A stretch of DNA of 64,000 nucleotides. It comes from an uncultured Gammaproteobacteria bacterium. Lineage in GTDB: Bacteria; Pseudomonadota; Gammaproteobacteria; Pseudomonadales; Porticoccaceae. The position numbers and the translations under genes are program-made. The notes under the pieces were generated by a model, which was not told the DNA's origin, did no database searches, and was given only the letters and a program-made list of their open reading frames with translations. The stretch lies in NCBI GenBank assembly GCA_942492235.1, contig CALODO010000004.1:85571-149570 (forward strand), read 5' to 3'. Positions 37,377-51,374 of the stretch are shown here, in pieces; positions within the stretch are counted from its first letter, which is position 1; each line of letters starts with the position of its first letter.

Positions 37377-38456
37377 TTAGTGAAAGTTCACAGAATAATC
37401 GTGAACTGCATCAACAAAAGCCGAAACACGCTCGGGATCAATATCTGGGGTAACCCCGTGACCCAAATTGAATACATGCCCGGCGCCCTTACCGTAACTA
37501 GCCAGTATCGCGCCCACTTCAGCTTCAATGACACTTGCTGGCGCACGAAGAATAGCGGGATCCAGATTGCCCTGGAGGGCCACACGGCCCCCTACTCGGC
37601 TCCTGGCCTGACCAATATTCTGGGTCCAGTCCAACCCTATTGCCTGACACCCAGACGCAGATATCGCCTCAAGCCAACCGCCACCACCTTTGGTAAACAG
37701 GATGACTGGCACCTTTCTGCCTTCAGCATACGTATTCAATCCTGTGACAATCTGAGTCATATATTTTAATGAAAATTCCTGGTAGGCGGAGGTACTCAAT
37801 ACCCCACCCCAGGTATCGAAAATCTGTACCGCCTGGGCACCAGCAGCTATTTGTGTATTGAGATAATCGATAACCGACAGCGTCAACTTTTCAAGCAATA
37901 CAGCCAGTAGATCCGGCTGGCTGTAAGCCATTGTTTTTATCCTGGCGAAATCCCTACTACTCCCACCTTCGATCATGTAGGTGGCAAGCGTCCACGGACT
38001 CCCCGAAAAACCGATCAGTGGTACCCGGCCATTCAATTCTCGTCTGATTAAGCGAATAGCATCAGGCACATAGGGTAAATCGGAGACGGTATTTACGATG
38101 GGCAGATCTTCTATATCTTTCGCCGACTCGATGACTTTTCGAAATTTGGGACCCTCGCCCTGATCAAAGTATAGACCCAGGCCCATGGCATCGGGGATAG
38201 TCAAAATATCGGAAAACAATATCGCTGCGTCCAGGTCAAAACGCTCCAGAGGCTGCAAGGTAACCTCGCAAGCACCTTGAGGATTTTGACACAAGGACAT
38301 AAAATCTCCGGCCCGTTCCCGCCTGGCCCGATATTCCGGTAGATATCGACCGGCCTGCCGCATCACCCACACAGGTGTAGCGTCAACAGGCTCGCGCCAT
38401 AAAGCCCGCAGGAAACGGTCATTTTTTAGATCCGACATATTATGGCCTGTTGTCAC
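37377..38456 (-). CDS. hemE: uroporphyrinogen decarboxylase
   Basis: 359 aa. [31 protein letters not shown] is the HemE signature. Confidence 0.95.
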   Translation of the reverse strand: MTTGHNMSDLKNDRFLRALWREPVDATPVWVMRQAGRYLPEYRARRERAGDFMSLCQNPQGACEVTLQPLERFDLDAAILFSDILTIPDAMGLGLYFDQGEGPKFRKVIESAKDIEDLPIVNTVSDLPYVPDAIRLIRRELNGRVPLIGFSGSPWTLATYMIEGGSSRDFARIKTMAYSQPDLLAVLLEKLTLSVIDYLNTQIAAGAQAVQIFDTWGGVLSTSAYQEFSLKYMTQIVTGLNTYAEGRKVPVILFTKGGGGWLEAISASGCQAIGLDWTQNIGQARSRVGGRVALQGNLDPAILRAPASVIEAEVGAILASYGKGAGHVFNLGHGVTPDIDPERVSAFVDAVHDYSVNFH

Positions 38457-38493
38457 TCTAACCCTCTGTAAGTCCTCTGGTTAGCCTTCAAAC

Positions 38494-39921
<1,428 letters not shown>

Positions 39922-39976
39922 TTACTCTTAGTACATTCACCCATAGTATGGTCCACACTTGCATCGCTTCTATCAA

Positions 39977-42900
39977 TCACTCTGGCCGTCCACGGGTATT
40001 TTCAAACAAGCTGGCAAGTGAGGCGGATTTGGGCTTTACCAACCAAAATTTGGTGACATAATCATCAAAGTTTTCAGCCAGTTCTCGACCGCGTTCGCTA
40101 CCGGTTTCTTTGACAAACTCCTCAATCATGTGTCTCAGAAAAGACCGCTGATTCTCCAGTGATTCCTGGGTTATACGCTGCACTTCGACCAATTCGGTAT
40201 TGACGCGCTCATAGAAGCTTCTTTCCATATCAAGCACATATGAAAACCCGCCGGTCATGCCAGCTCCAAAATTATGCCCCGTCGAACCCAGAACAACGAC
40301 CACACCTCCGGTCATGTATTCACAGCAATGATCGCCTGCACCTTCTATAACAGCATGGGCACCAGAGTTCCTGACCGCAAAACGCTCCCCGGCCCGGCCA
40401 GCGGCAAATAATTTACCGCCAGTTGCACCGTAAAGGCAGGTGTTGCCCATAATTGGCGCATCATGGCTGGCAAACCGACTGCCCGATGGTGGAGACAAAA
40501 TAATCTTCCCGCCCGCCATGCCTTTACCGACATAGTCATTGGCATCGCCCGATAAATATAACTCCAGCCCACCCGCATTCCAGGCACCCAAAGACTGCCC
40601 TGCAATACCTCTCAGCGTAATTTTAACTGGCGTATCAGCCATGCCCTGATTACCGTGCCTGCGCGCAATTTCTCCGCTCAGACGGGCACCAATTGTGCGA
40701 TCACAATTGGACACTGTGTATTCAAAATGACCGCCGGCACTGTTTTCGATGGCGGGCAAAATATCAGCCACCATGCGTTCTGCAAGCTCACCCTTATCAA
40801 ACGGTATATTGCTGGCAACCTGACAATATTGCGGTTTATGGTCAAGTAAGTCATCTCTATGTAAGATTGGCGACAGGTCAAGCTGCTGCTGACGCGCAGT
40901 CTGACCGGGCAGCACTTCTAGCAAGTCAATTCTACCAACCAGCTCCACGAGGCTTGAAACACCAAGCATGGCCAGGTATTCACGCACCTCTTCGGCAACA
41001 AACAAAAAGAAGTTTCGAGCATGCGCGACCGTGCCAGCATAGTAACCATCTCGCAAACGTTGATCTTGCGTAGCAACACCAGTCGCACAATTATTGAGAT
41101 GACAAATGCGGAGATATTTGCAACCCAGCGCGACCATAGGGGCGGTACCAAAACCAAAGCTTTCAGCACCTAAAATGGCGGCTTTTATGACATCAAGACC
41201 CGTCTTTAAGCCGCCATCAGTCTGCACACGAACCTTGTCACGCAGGTCGTTGGCCCGCAAAGTTTGGTGGGTTTCTGCCAAACCTAGCTCCCAGGGCGAA
41301 CCAGCATAGCGGATCGATGTTAGCGGGCTCGCAGCAGTACCTCCGTCGTAACCTGAGATAGTAATTAAGTCAGCGTAGGCCTTAGCAACTCCGGCGGCGA
41401 TGGTACCAACTCCTGGTCGAGATACTAATTTTACAGAGACCAGCGCCTGGGGATTAACCTGTTTCAAATCAAAAATCAGCTGAGCTAAATCTTCTATCGA
41501 ATAAATATCATGGTGCGGAGGGGGTGAAATCAAAGTCACGCCCGGCACGGAATAACGCAGGCTAGCGATAAGCGCATTGACCTTGCCACCGGGCAACTGA
41601 CCCCCTTCACCTGGTTTGGCTCCTTGAGCCACTTTTATTTGAATCACTTCTGCATTCACCAGATAATGCGGCGTAACACCAAAACGACCGGAGGCGACTT
41701 GCTTGATTTTGGAACTTTTACTGGTACCGTAACGCCTTGGATCTTCACCGCCTTCTCCAGAATTTGAACGACCACCCAAACTATTAAGGGCTTCGGCCAG
41801 TGACTCGTGAGCTTCCGGAGACAGCGCTCCCAAAGACATTCCAGCAGAGTCGAAGCGCGCAATAATATCTTTAGCCGACTCAACCTGATCAAGAGGGATT
41901 GAAGGATTGTCTGTTTTCAAACGCATTAAATCCCGCAGACAGGCCACCGGACGATTATTTACCAGATCTGCATAGCTCCGCCAATCAGCGTAGTCGCCGC
42001 TGCGCACAACTTTATGAAGTGCTTGAACGACATCGGGATTAAACGAATGATATTCTTGGCCGTGTATATATTTGAACAGACCACCGGGTGATATAGGCTT
42101 ACGATCTTTCCAGGCAAAGTTGGCCGCTGCTTCCTGATCTTGCTGGAAATCAGTAAAACGCGAACCTTGAATACGGCTAATAAGTCCAGGGAAACATAGA
42201 TCAACAATCTCATCAGCAAATCCGACGGCTTCATAGAGCATCGCCCCTCGATAGGAAGCGATCGTTGATATACCCATTTTCGACAATATTTTCATCAGCC
42301 CTTTAACAATGCCTTTCCGGTAATGCTTAAAGGCATTATCAACATCGACCACCAACTCGCCGTTTTCACACATCTCATGAAGGAGGTGGTAGCTTAGGTA
42401 GGGGTAAACCGCAGTGGCACCACAACCAATCAAGGTCGCGATCTGATGAGAATCTCTTGCAGCACCGGTGCTGATAATAATATTTGCATCACAACGCAGA
42501 CCCCTTGCAATTAAATGATTATGCACAGCGCCGACAGCAAACACTGCCTGGATAGGGATTTCGCCAATATCTATTTTGTAATCCGACAGGATACAGATGG
42601 TCACGCCATCCCGTACGGCGGACTCAACGTCAGTACATAAACATCTAATGGCCGATTCAAGGTTAATCTCAGCCGGACTGTACTTCAATGCGAATTTTCG
42701 AGTTTGAAAGCCCTCCAGGTCATTATTTTTGAGCGAAAAATATTTTCGTGGCGACAGTACCGGACTATTAAGGTTGATACGCTGAGCATGCTCTGGTGTT
42801 TCTTTAAAGATGTTGCGTTCTTTGCCTAACTGGGTGCTCAAAGACATGGCAATACCTTCACGCAAAGGATCGATTGGTGGGTTGGTCACCTGGGCAAACT

Positions 42901-44434
42901 GCTGGCGGAAATAATCAAACACACTGCGGCTTTTTTCCGACAACACGGCCATCGGTGAATCATCCCCCATTGAGGCAATCGCTTCCTGTGCACCCTCAGC
43001 TAAAGGCGCCAGGACCTGCACTCGCTCTTCATGGGAAACGCCGTACATCTTCATATAGCGTTGAATAATCTGATGAGAAAGCGTTCCTTCCGCTTCTAAA
43101 CCATCCTGCTCCATGGTTGATTCAATGGCCTTAGCGCCCTCCCTCAGCCAACGTCGGTAAGGCTGGGCTCCTGCCAGTCGAGGGTCTATCTCGTCGCGAG
43201 TTTCAATTTCACCAGTGGCAATATCAATAGACAGGATATCACCAGGGCCAAGGCGACCCTTTGAAACCACCGCCTCTGGAGCATAAGGGTAAACACCCAC
43301 TTCTGAGGCCACGGTAATAATGTCGTCATCAGTCAAAACCCACCGCGACGGCCGCAAGCCGTTTCTGTCCAGTGCACATACAGCGTAACGGCCATCGGTA
43401 ATCACCAGTCCAGCGGGACCATCCCAGGGTTCCATATGCATGGATTGATAAGCAAAAAATGCGCGCTCGTCGGGATCCTGGTCTTCGACATTATGCCAGG
43501 CTGGTGGAATCAACATTCGCACTGCACGGTGTAAAGGAATACCCCCAGTTACCATCACCTCCAGCATATTATCAAGACTCGAAGAGTCGGAACCGCTACG
43601 GTTCACCAAAGGCGCAAGTTCGGCTAACTCTGGTAACAGGGGTGTATCAAATTTAGGTGTTCTCGCAACCGTCCAGTTTCTGTTACCGAGGATGGTGTTA
43701 ATCTCACCATTATGGGCAAGCATTCTAAAAGGCTGCGCAAGTGGCCATTCCGGTAAGGTATTGGTACTAAAGCGTTGATGGAACACACATATAGCAGTTT
43801 CGAGTCTCGGGTCTGACAGATCGGGGTAAAAGCTCGGTAAATCCACTGGCATCATCAAGCCTTTATAACAAACCACTCCTGCAGACAGGCTTGCTATATA
43901 AAAATTCTTTTCCCCCGCCAGGGATTTTTCAATGTGTCGTCGGGCAACAAACAGCCGAGCATCAAAATGGACGGCATCTAGATCACCCTCGGGAACAATA
44001 AATACCTGCTCGATCACTGGTTGCGACTTCAGCGCAATTTCGCCGAGGCAGTTATTATTAGTCGGCACTACACGCCAACCAACCACGTTGAGCTTTTCAC
44101 GGGCTAATTCCTTTTCGAAAACCGCTTTCGCTCCATCCCGCGCCAGCTCATCCTGACTTAGCATTATGACACCGACCGCATAAAGCTCTGGCAGATCTAC
44201 CGCCAGCTCCTGTTTAACCAGACATCTAAAAAACCCGTCCGGCTTTTGCATCAACAGGCCGCAGCCATCACCGGTTTTACCATCCGCTGCAATACCGCCG
44301 CGGTGGGTCATGCAGGTCAATGCTTCTATCGCTTTTTCCAACAGACCATGACTCGCAACACCCTTTAAGTGCGCAATCAAACCAAAACCGCAATTGTCGC
44401 GAAATTCGTCTAACCGATACAAGCCTTTAGACAT
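39977..44434 (-). CDS. gltB: glutamate synthase (NADPH) large subunit
   Basis: 1485 aa. An Ntn amidotransferase Cys ([10 protein letters not shown]), then central, FMN-binding and GXGXG domains, collinear with E. coli GltB. Confidence 0.97.
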   Translation of the reverse strand: MSKGLYRLDEFRDNCGFGLIAHLKGVASHGLLEKAIEALTCMTHRGGIAADGKTGDGCGLLMQKPDGFFRCLVKQELAVDLPELYAVGVIMLSQDELARDGAKAVFEKELAREKLNVVGWRVVPTNNNCLGEIALKSQPVIEQVFIVPEGDLDAVHFDARLFVARRHIEKSLAGEKNFYIASLSAGVVCYKGLMMPVDLPSFYPDLSDPRLETAICVFHQRFSTNTLPEWPLAQPFRMLAHNGEINTILGNRNWTVARTPKFDTPLLPELAELAPLVNRSGSDSSSLDNMLEVMVTGGIPLHRAVRMLIPPAWHNVEDQDPDERAFFAYQSMHMEPWDGPAGLVITDGRYAVCALDRNGLRPSRWVLTDDDIITVASEVGVYPYAPEAVVSKGRLGPGDILSIDIATGEIETRDEIDPRLAGAQPYRRWLREGAKAIESTMEQDGLEAEGTLSHQIIQRYMKMYGVSHEERVQVLAPLAEGAQEAIASMGDDSPMAVLSEKSRSVFDYFRQQFAQVTNPPIDPLREGIAMSLSTQLGKERNIFKETPEHAQRINLNSPVLSPRKYFSLKNNDLEGFQTRKFALKYSPAEINLESAIRCLCTDVESAVRDGVTICILSDYKIDIGEIPIQAVFAVGAVHNHLIARGLRCDANIIISTGAARDSHQIATLIGCGATAVYPYLSYHLLHEMCENGELVVDVDNAFKHYRKGIVKGLMKILSKMGISTIASYRGAMLYEAVGFADEIVDLCFPGLISRIQGSRFTDFQQDQEAAANFAWKDRKPISPGGLFKYIHGQEYHSFNPDVVQALHKVVRSGDYADWRSYADLVNNRPVACLRDLMRLKTDNPSIPLDQVESAKDIIARFDSAGMSLGALSPEAHESLAEALNSLGGRSNSGEGGEDPRRYGTSKSSKIKQVASGRFGVTPHYLVNAEVIQIKVAQGAKPGEGGQLPGGKVNALIASLRYSVPGVTLISPPPHHDIYSIEDLAQLIFDLKQVNPQALVSVKLVSRPGVGTIAAGVAKAYADLITISGYDGGTAASPLTSIRYAGSPWELGLAETHQTLRANDLRDKVRVQTDGGLKTGLDVIKAAILGAESFGFGTAPMVALGCKYLRICHLNNCATGVATQDQRLRDGYYAGTVAHARNFFLFVAEEVREYLAMLGVSSLVELVGRIDLLEVLPGQTARQQQLDLSPILHRDDLLDHKPQYCQVASNIPFDKGELAERMVADILPAIENSAGGHFEYTVSNCDRTIGARLSGEIARRHGNQGMADTPVKITLRGIAGQSLGAWNAGGLELYLSGDANDYVGKGMAGGKIILSPPSGSRFASHDAPIMGNTCLYGATGGKLFAAGRAGERFAVRNSGAHAVIEGAGDHCCEYMTGGVVVVLGSTGHNFGAGMTGGFSYVLDMERSFYERVNTELVEVQRITQESLENQRSFLRHMIEEFVKETGSERGRELAENFDDYVTKFWLVKPKSASLASLFENTRGRPE

Positions 44435-44552
44435 AATTTACTCTAATAATATCAATATGTTATAGCTGCAGCCGCGGGAGAATCACAAGCACAGAAGAGC
44501 GAAAGGACGCACATTTTACACAGAGGATGGAGGCTGGACAAATATACTTGAT

Positions 44553-45626
44553 TCAGCGTAATTCGAGGATTGCAGCTAACTTTGACTGATCATAGTCAGC
44601 ACTGACAACCGCTGTGCCAATAGCTTCCAATAACACTAAGCGGATAAGCCCTTGCTGGGCTTTCTTATCGACGGCCATGAGATCGAGGAACTGCTGCGCA
44701 GAGATATTTTCAGGCCGGACTACCGGTAAGCCTGCGGCATTTATCAGACTTTGGATTCGATCTATATCTGCGGCACTCAACCAGCCCATAAGCCCAGACA
44801 TTTGAGCGGCCATGACCATGCCCACAGCCACCGCTTCCCCATGGAGCCATTCGCCGTAGCCCTGGTGGGTCTCAATAGCATGGCCAAAAGTGTGGCCACA
44901 GTTAAGAATGGCACGAACTCCACCTTCTCGCTCGTCGGCACTGACCACCTGGGCTTTTAGGCGACAGGATACTTCGATGGCATGGAGTAAGGCAGTCTCC
45001 TCCCTCCTGAGAAGCGCCCCCATATTGTTCTCTAACCAGCAAAAAAAGTCGTTATCGATAATCAGGCCATACTTGATCACCTCTGCCAGGCCAGCTTTAA
45101 ACTCCCTGTCCGGTAAAGTCTGCAATGTGTTTATATCAATCAAGACAGCTTTAGGTTGATGGAACGCACCAATCATATTCTTACCGAGCACATGATTCAC
45201 AGCAGTTTTACCGCCGACTGAGGAGTCGACTTGCGCGAGTAAAGTGGTCGGAATCTGAACAAAATCGACACCTCGCTGGTAACAGGCTGCTGCAAAACCG
45301 GTCATATCTCCAATAACGCCTCCACCTAACGCGATTAGAGTGACGCCGCGACTGCGGCCGCTTTCCAGAAGCCTACTAAAAATACGGTTCAGAGTGTCTA
45401 GGGTTTTGTATTGCTCGCCATCTGGCAGTATGAGCTGATCGGTCATGCGTCCACCTAGCAGGTGGACAGTTTGATCCAAATATAACGGTGCAATTGTTTC
45501 ATTCGTAACGATTAATCTTCCTTCATTACCCAAATACGGTGTTAACACTTCCTTATTCTCCAAAAGGCCACTACCAAAGAAAATTGGGTAACTGCGCTCG
45601 CCGAGTTCAAGGCTCAATTTATGCAT
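44553..45626 (-). CDS. aroB: 3-dehydroquinate synthase
   Basis: 357 aa. GGGVIGDMTGFAAA, GKNMIGAFHQP and HTFGHAIE motifs. Confidence 0.95.
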   Translation of the reverse strand: MHKLSLELGERSYPIFFGSGLLENKEVLTPYLGNEGRLIVTNETIAPLYLDQTVHLLGGRMTDQLILPDGEQYKTLDTLNRIFSRLLESGRSRGVTLIALGGGVIGDMTGFAAACYQRGVDFVQIPTTLLAQVDSSVGGKTAVNHVLGKNMIGAFHQPKAVLIDINTLQTLPDREFKAGLAEVIKYGLIIDNDFFCWLENNMGALLRREETALLHAIEVSCRLKAQVVSADEREGGVRAILNCGHTFGHAIETHQGYGEWLHGEAVAVGMVMAAQMSGLMGWLSAADIDRIQSLINAAGLPVVRPENISAQQFLDLMAVDKKAQQGLIRLVLLEAIGTAVVSADYDQSKLAAILELR

Positions 45627-45724
45627 AGACAGTATTTGGAAATGGCATGATTTGGGAAACAGAGGGTTTTCGTCGGCGCTTATTATTACTTAAAGCACTA
45701 CATTCGCTTCGATAACACCAGGTT

Positions 45725-46240
45725 TTAGGAGCGTGCCTGGATCAACCGCCGCAGCTCATTGGCAGTAGCTGAAGGGCTATCATTAACACCTTCATAGGTG
45801 ATATCAGCGACCTCACGATAAAGGGGGTCCCGTTCACTGACCAGTTTATCTATAAGGGCTCGTCGATCTTTAACCTGTAACAGCGGTCTTTTGCTGTCAC
45901 GTAGTGTTCTTTCGTATAACGTATCAGCTGACACAGCCAAATAAATTACCAGCCCTGTGCTACGCATCACCGCTCTATTATCAGCATTTAGCACCGCCCC
46001 GCCTCCAGTGGCGATAAGCGTGGCTTTTTTTTCTGCCAATTCAGACAACATTGATGATTCACGCTTACGAAACCCAGCTTCACCTTCGACATCAAAAATC
46101 CACGGTATGTCCGCTCCGCTGCGCGCTTCTATTTCAGCGTCGAGATCCAGAAATGTGAGATGTAACAGTTTGGCAAGCTGCCTACCAACCGTGGTTTTGC
46201 CGGCTCCCATGGGGCCGATCAGGAAAACGCGCTGGCACAC
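45725..46240 (-). CDS. aroK: shikimate kinase
   Basis: 171 aa. FLIGPMGAGKTTVGRQLA P-loop. The GTG start directly abuts the pilQ stop codon (TGAGTG). Confidence 0.93.
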   Translation of the reverse strand: MCQRVFLIGPMGAGKTTVGRQLAKLLHLTFLDLDAEIEARSGADIPWIFDVEGEAGFRKRESSMLSELAEKKATLIATGGGAVLNADNRAVMRSTGLVIYLAVSADTLYERTLRDSKRPLLQVKDRRALIDKLVSERDPLYREVADITYEGVNDSPSATANELRRLIQARS

Positions 46241-48454
46241 TCATTGATCCAGAAGCGAGTCTTTTATAATTCTTGGGGTGACAAAGATAAGAATTTCCCG
46301 CTTGCTTCGATCGTTAAAATTTCTCCTGAACAACTTACCAACGTAAGGTATATCACCGAGTACAGGCACTTTATCAACCGACTGGACTTCCTGCATCTGG
46401 AAAATACCGCCCAGCACCAGGGTTTGACCGTCGCCAACTAACGCCTGGGTTGCGACTTCGGTAACGTCGATAGTTGGTTCTGAACCGCCTTCAGAAGTAG
46501 GGACAATAACCCCAACCTGATCCTGGTTGATGATAAGATTCATGATAACCCGGTTATCAGGGGTGATTTGCGGAGTAACCTCAAGTTTGAGCACTGCCTC
46601 TCTAAACTCCAGGTCAGTCTCACCGCTGGATGTCCCTGTTTCGTAGGGGATCTCGACACCAGACTTAATAATCGCAAGTTGCTTATCCCCGGTAAGCACT
46701 TTCGGTTGCGAGATAATTTCACCAAAGCCGTCGCTTTCCATGACGCTCAACTCCCAGTCTATAAAAGTGTTGTCTTTTAATAGACCCAAACTTAGACTAC
46801 CAAAACGTTCAGCAGCGCCAAGATCGACCGCAAGTGTATCATCCAGAGACATGTCACCTCCGCCACCAAAGGCATCTATGACGCCATCGGGGTTTTGTTG
46901 AGCATTCCTTTGCCCCGCAAATGTGTACAGTGTGTCGCCCCGATCTCGAAGCCCCGCTATCCCCCACCGCATACCTATTTCTTTTCTGAAATCGGTGGTT
47001 GCCACGATAATCCTGGCATCTATCTCAACCTGGCGAATAGGGATATCAAGTTCCTTTACCAACCGGCGGAATTCTTCTATTTTTTCCTGGACATCGGTAA
47101 GAACGATGGTATTAGTTCGCTCGTCAACTATGGCCGTACCCCGTTCTGACAAAATACTTGATGTTGCATTACGATCATCAGAGCTACCGCCTCCACCTCC
47201 GCCTGCTCCCCGATTTTCTCTAACATTAAACAAATCAAATAGCTCTCGCGCATCAGCATAACGAACCCTGACGAAGTCAGTGACCAGCGGGGCCAGCTCG
47301 ATTAACTGCTTATTCGCCTCGACCTGTAATCTTTCCTGCTCCGCAATCTCTACTGCCGGCGCTACCATCAACACATTACCTTGCTGGCGTTTATCTAGAC
47401 CCTTCGCTTTAAGCACTATTTCAAGCGCTTGATCCCAGGGTACGTTTTCCAAACGTAGAGTAATGCTGCCGGTAACGGTATCACTAGCAACCAAATTCAG
47501 GCCGGTAAAATCAGCAATCAGCTGAAGCACAGAGCGAACTTCGATATCCTGGAAATTTAGTGATAGTTTTTCGCCGGTGAACTCAAATTTTGATTTTTGT
47601 TCAGCCAGTGCTTCTTTCGTCAACGGCTGCACACTTACCACGTACTGGCCATCCGCCTGATAAGCGAGATAGTCATACTCACCTACTGCCTCTATAACGA
47701 CCCGAGTCGTGGCGCCATTGCTTGTACTGTCAATCGTCTTGATCGGTGTCGCAAAATCGATGACATCCAACTTGCGATCTAAGGCTTCGGGCAATGCCGT
47801 ATGGTAAAAAGATACTATCACGGAGGAACCTTCTCTTGAGACATCAATCGGCGTTGCCGCGTTAGCCAATGCAATCGATACTATACCTTGACCCGCCTCA
47901 CCTCGGCTGAAATCCACATCTTCAACCGTATTTTCAGTTTGCCTAACGGCTATTGTGCCTGTACCGGAAGTCGCTGATGGACTCACCTGGCCCCCAGAAC
48001 CCTGCGCCAACGCGGCAACCGAGGCTTTATTGCCAACCAGCAAAGTTAAATTACTCCCGTTGACTGCGACCTCATACGGCACCGGCGTCTTCAAATTGAC
48101 TATCATGCGAGTCCGCCCACCTGCACTCAAAACAACCGCACTTTCGCCATTGTCGAAGGATAAGGCATATTTTTTTTCAGGTAATGCGCTTTCTGTTCCT
48201 TCGAAATCCAGGACAATTCGGGCCGGTGATTCTACCGTGTAGCCTTTTGGTTCCACCGCCTCACCATCGAAGTTGAGTTTGATTTCAAACTGCTCATTAG
48301 GCAGTGCAGCAAAGTTTATTTCCTCAATAGTCGCTGCCTGAATGCTCATAGATTGCAAAAGCACCCCCGCACCGACCGCTGCCATCATGCCGTACCTTAT
48401 TGACTGGTCAAGCCAACGAATCCCCTTCATGCCAAATTCCCCAAAATTTACCAT
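46241..48454 (-). CDS. pilQ: type IV pilus secretin PilQ
   Basis: 737 aa. AMIN-type N-terminal repeats and a C-terminal secretin domain (VPVLGDIPYVGKLFR...LIFVTPRII). The likely true start is MKGIRW at 48430. Confidence 0.93.
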   Translation of the reverse strand: MVNFGEFGMKGIRWLDQSIRYGMMAAVGAGVLLQSMSIQAATIEEINFAALPNEQFEIKLNFDGEAVEPKGYTVESPARIVLDFEGTESALPEKKYALSFDNGESAVVLSAGGRTRMIVNLKTPVPYEVAVNGSNLTLLVGNKASVAALAQGSGGQVSPSATSGTGTIAVRQTENTVEDVDFSRGEAGQGIVSIALANAATPIDVSREGSSVIVSFYHTALPEALDRKLDVIDFATPIKTIDSTSNGATTRVVIEAVGEYDYLAYQADGQYVVSVQPLTKEALAEQKSKFEFTGEKLSLNFQDIEVRSVLQLIADFTGLNLVASDTVTGSITLRLENVPWDQALEIVLKAKGLDKRQQGNVLMVAPAVEIAEQERLQVEANKQLIELAPLVTDFVRVRYADARELFDLFNVRENRGAGGGGGGSSDDRNATSSILSERGTAIVDERTNTIVLTDVQEKIEEFRRLVKELDIPIRQVEIDARIIVATTDFRKEIGMRWGIAGLRDRGDTLYTFAGQRNAQQNPDGVIDAFGGGGDMSLDDTLAVDLGAAERFGSLSLGLLKDNTFIDWELSVMESDGFGEIISQPKVLTGDKQLAIIKSGVEIPYETGTSSGETDLEFREAVLKLEVTPQITPDNRVIMNLIINQDQVGVIVPTSEGGSEPTIDVTEVATQALVGDGQTLVLGGIFQMQEVQSVDKVPVLGDIPYVGKLFRRNFNDRSKREILIFVTPRIIKDSLLDQ

Positions 48455-48990
48455 TAATCATTCTCCTTGAGCGCCAGGGCTCGAGGTCTTTCAACCCAGC
48501 CGGTTTTACCATCTGGTACGATCTCTATCACATCTATTTGAGATGCTGTAACAGCAACAATTTTTCCGTGGTTTTTGCCAATGTAGTTGCCTACGGTTAC
48601 TCGATGGACGCTACCTTCGCTATCGTTTATCAAAGACCAAATCGTGCCATTTTTTTCAATGGTACCCACCAGGCTTAATGACGAGAAATTAAATCCCTCT
48701 AGATATTCTTTCTCTCTATTTTCATCAGGTTTAACCGCTAACTTGCCATTTTGATCGTCCCCTACTGTGACTGTCAGCGGTTTTTCAAAAGGACTCCGAA
48801 ACGCCATTACACTGTATTTAAATGATTCATACATGCCAAACGTCGGCAGGGGCTCTATCTCACCCTGCGGGCTAGCTCTTGCAGCATCCATGAATGCTTG
48901 CAAATCCTCATGATCATTTCCTCCACCACATCCGAACATCATCAAGGATAAGCCAACGATTAAAAGAGCTTTGTTAGAGGCCTTATTCAT
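48454..48990 (-). CDS. pilP: type IV pilus assembly lipoprotein PilP
   Basis: 178 aa. Lipobox LMMFGC, then an IEPLPTF...FRSPF pattern. Position between pilO and pilQ. Confidence 0.8.
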   Translation of the reverse strand: MNKASNKALLIVGLSLMMFGCGGGNDHEDLQAFMDAARASPQGEIEPLPTFGMYESFKYSVMAFRSPFEKPLTVTVGDDQNGKLAVKPDENREKEYLEGFNFSSLSLVGTIEKNGTIWSLINDSEGSVHRVTVGNYIGKNHGKIVAVTASQIDVIEIVPDGKTGWVERPRALALKEND

Positions 48991-48991
48991 T

Positions 48992-49606
48992 TCAATCCTC
49001 CTCGCCTTTGTAGCGATAGGTCTTTGCCTCTATCTCAAACACTTGACGATCTTGCCCTTTACTAAGTTTTAATGAGTAATCATGCAAGGTGACGATGCGG
49101 GGCAGGCCCGCAACCCCACTCACGAATGTTGCGACATCATGATAACCGCCCTCGGCAACAATCTTTATAGGCAACTCAACATAAAACTCTTTTGCTTTCT
49201 CTGGTTGTAAGGAGATAGTTTTAATTTCCAGGCTGCTCCCGTAACCAAGATCAGTAATATCTTCAAGTAAACCCGGTACTTCAGTGTCGCCAGGTAATTG
49301 CCCCAATAGGACACTAAAAGACGCTTCAAGCTCAGCCATCTGTACCCTATAGGCGTCTAAATTAGCCACTTCAAAGGCTTTTTCTTGGTAAGTCGCCCGT
49401 AATACTTTTTCTTTAGCAATCGCCGAGTCAAGGATCACATAGAGGTCTTTGACGTGAAGAAAATAACCCGCAACCAATATAACCACTAAAACAGTTGCGC
49501 ACACCAACCCTCGATACAACACTGGCCATAAGCCAATATTGTCTATACTAAATTCCGATACTTCCAGGTCTTTTGCTTTAAATGCACCCGTAGCCATTAC
49601 GATCAT
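48992..49606 (-). CDS. pilO: type IV pilus assembly protein PilO
   Basis: 204 aa. A single TM helix, then coiled-coil and ferredoxin-like regions. Conserved operon position. Confidence 0.85.
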   Translation of the reverse strand: MIVMATGAFKAKDLEVSEFSIDNIGLWPVLYRGLVCATVLVVILVAGYFLHVKDLYVILDSAIAKEKVLRATYQEKAFEVANLDAYRVQMAELEASFSVLLGQLPGDTEVPGLLEDITDLGYGSSLEIKTISLQPEKAKEFYVELPIKIVAEGGYHDVATFVSGVAGLPRIVTLHDYSLKLSKGQDRQVFEIEAKTYRYKGEED

Positions 49607-50163
49607 GCCTCCTTGTCAGCAACAGGCTGAGCGACCTTCACTTGTAGCTCAAACCGGCTTCCTAGCTCGCCCAGCATTGGGTCCGCTTCGACCTTGGTCA
49701 GGTTCGGTTCTGTAAGCATTTCCACCGAATCCAACTGCCTCATTAAAACCGCAATCCGGCTATTTGATTCCGCGTAACCGACCAAAGATATGCTATTAGC
49801 TCTTCTTACCATCTCTACAAAATAGACGCCGCTCGGAGTAGCCCTGACAAACTGGTCATAGATCTTAACGATATCCGCCCGGTTACCCTGTAGAGCAAGA
49901 ATTACCTCCATACGATCAAGCATCTGTTGTCTACGAATTTTTAATTCACTAATCTCTTTCACTTTCTCGTCAAGGATTGATATCCCGTCATTCAAAAAAT
50001 CATTGCGGCTATTCTGTGCATCTATTCGATGGTTGGCCCAAAAACCCCAGGCCAAAACCCCAACCAACCCAATAACGAGCACTCCAGCAATAACAGCTAG
50101 GAACTCCTTTTGCTTCTCCTGACGGTGCTCTTCTCTCCACGGGAGCAGATTAATATTAGCCAT
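49603..50163 (-). CDS. pilN: type IV pilus assembly protein PilN
   Basis: 186 aa. The MANINLLPWREE N-terminus is the PilM-binding motif of PilN. 4-nt overlap with pilO. Confidence 0.85.
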   Translation of the reverse strand: MANINLLPWREEHRQEKQKEFLAVIAGVLVIGLVGVLAWGFWANHRIDAQNSRNDFLNDGISILDEKVKEISELKIRRQQMLDRMEVILALQGNRADIVKIYDQFVRATPSGVYFVEMVRRANSISLVGYAESNSRIAVLMRQLDSVEMLTEPNLTKVEADPMLGELGSRFELQVKVAQPVADKEA

Positions 50164-50164
50164 G

Positions 50165-51238
<1,074 letters not shown>

Positions 51239-51374
51239 TTATTAAATCCTGTAGTTATAGAGCCTTAATAACAACACACTCTAACTTATTATCATAACTT
51301 TGCAAGTATTTATTAGCAGCGCTTCCGCAGTATAATGCCTTTCCTTTTCATCCCCATGCCACAAATAAACACCA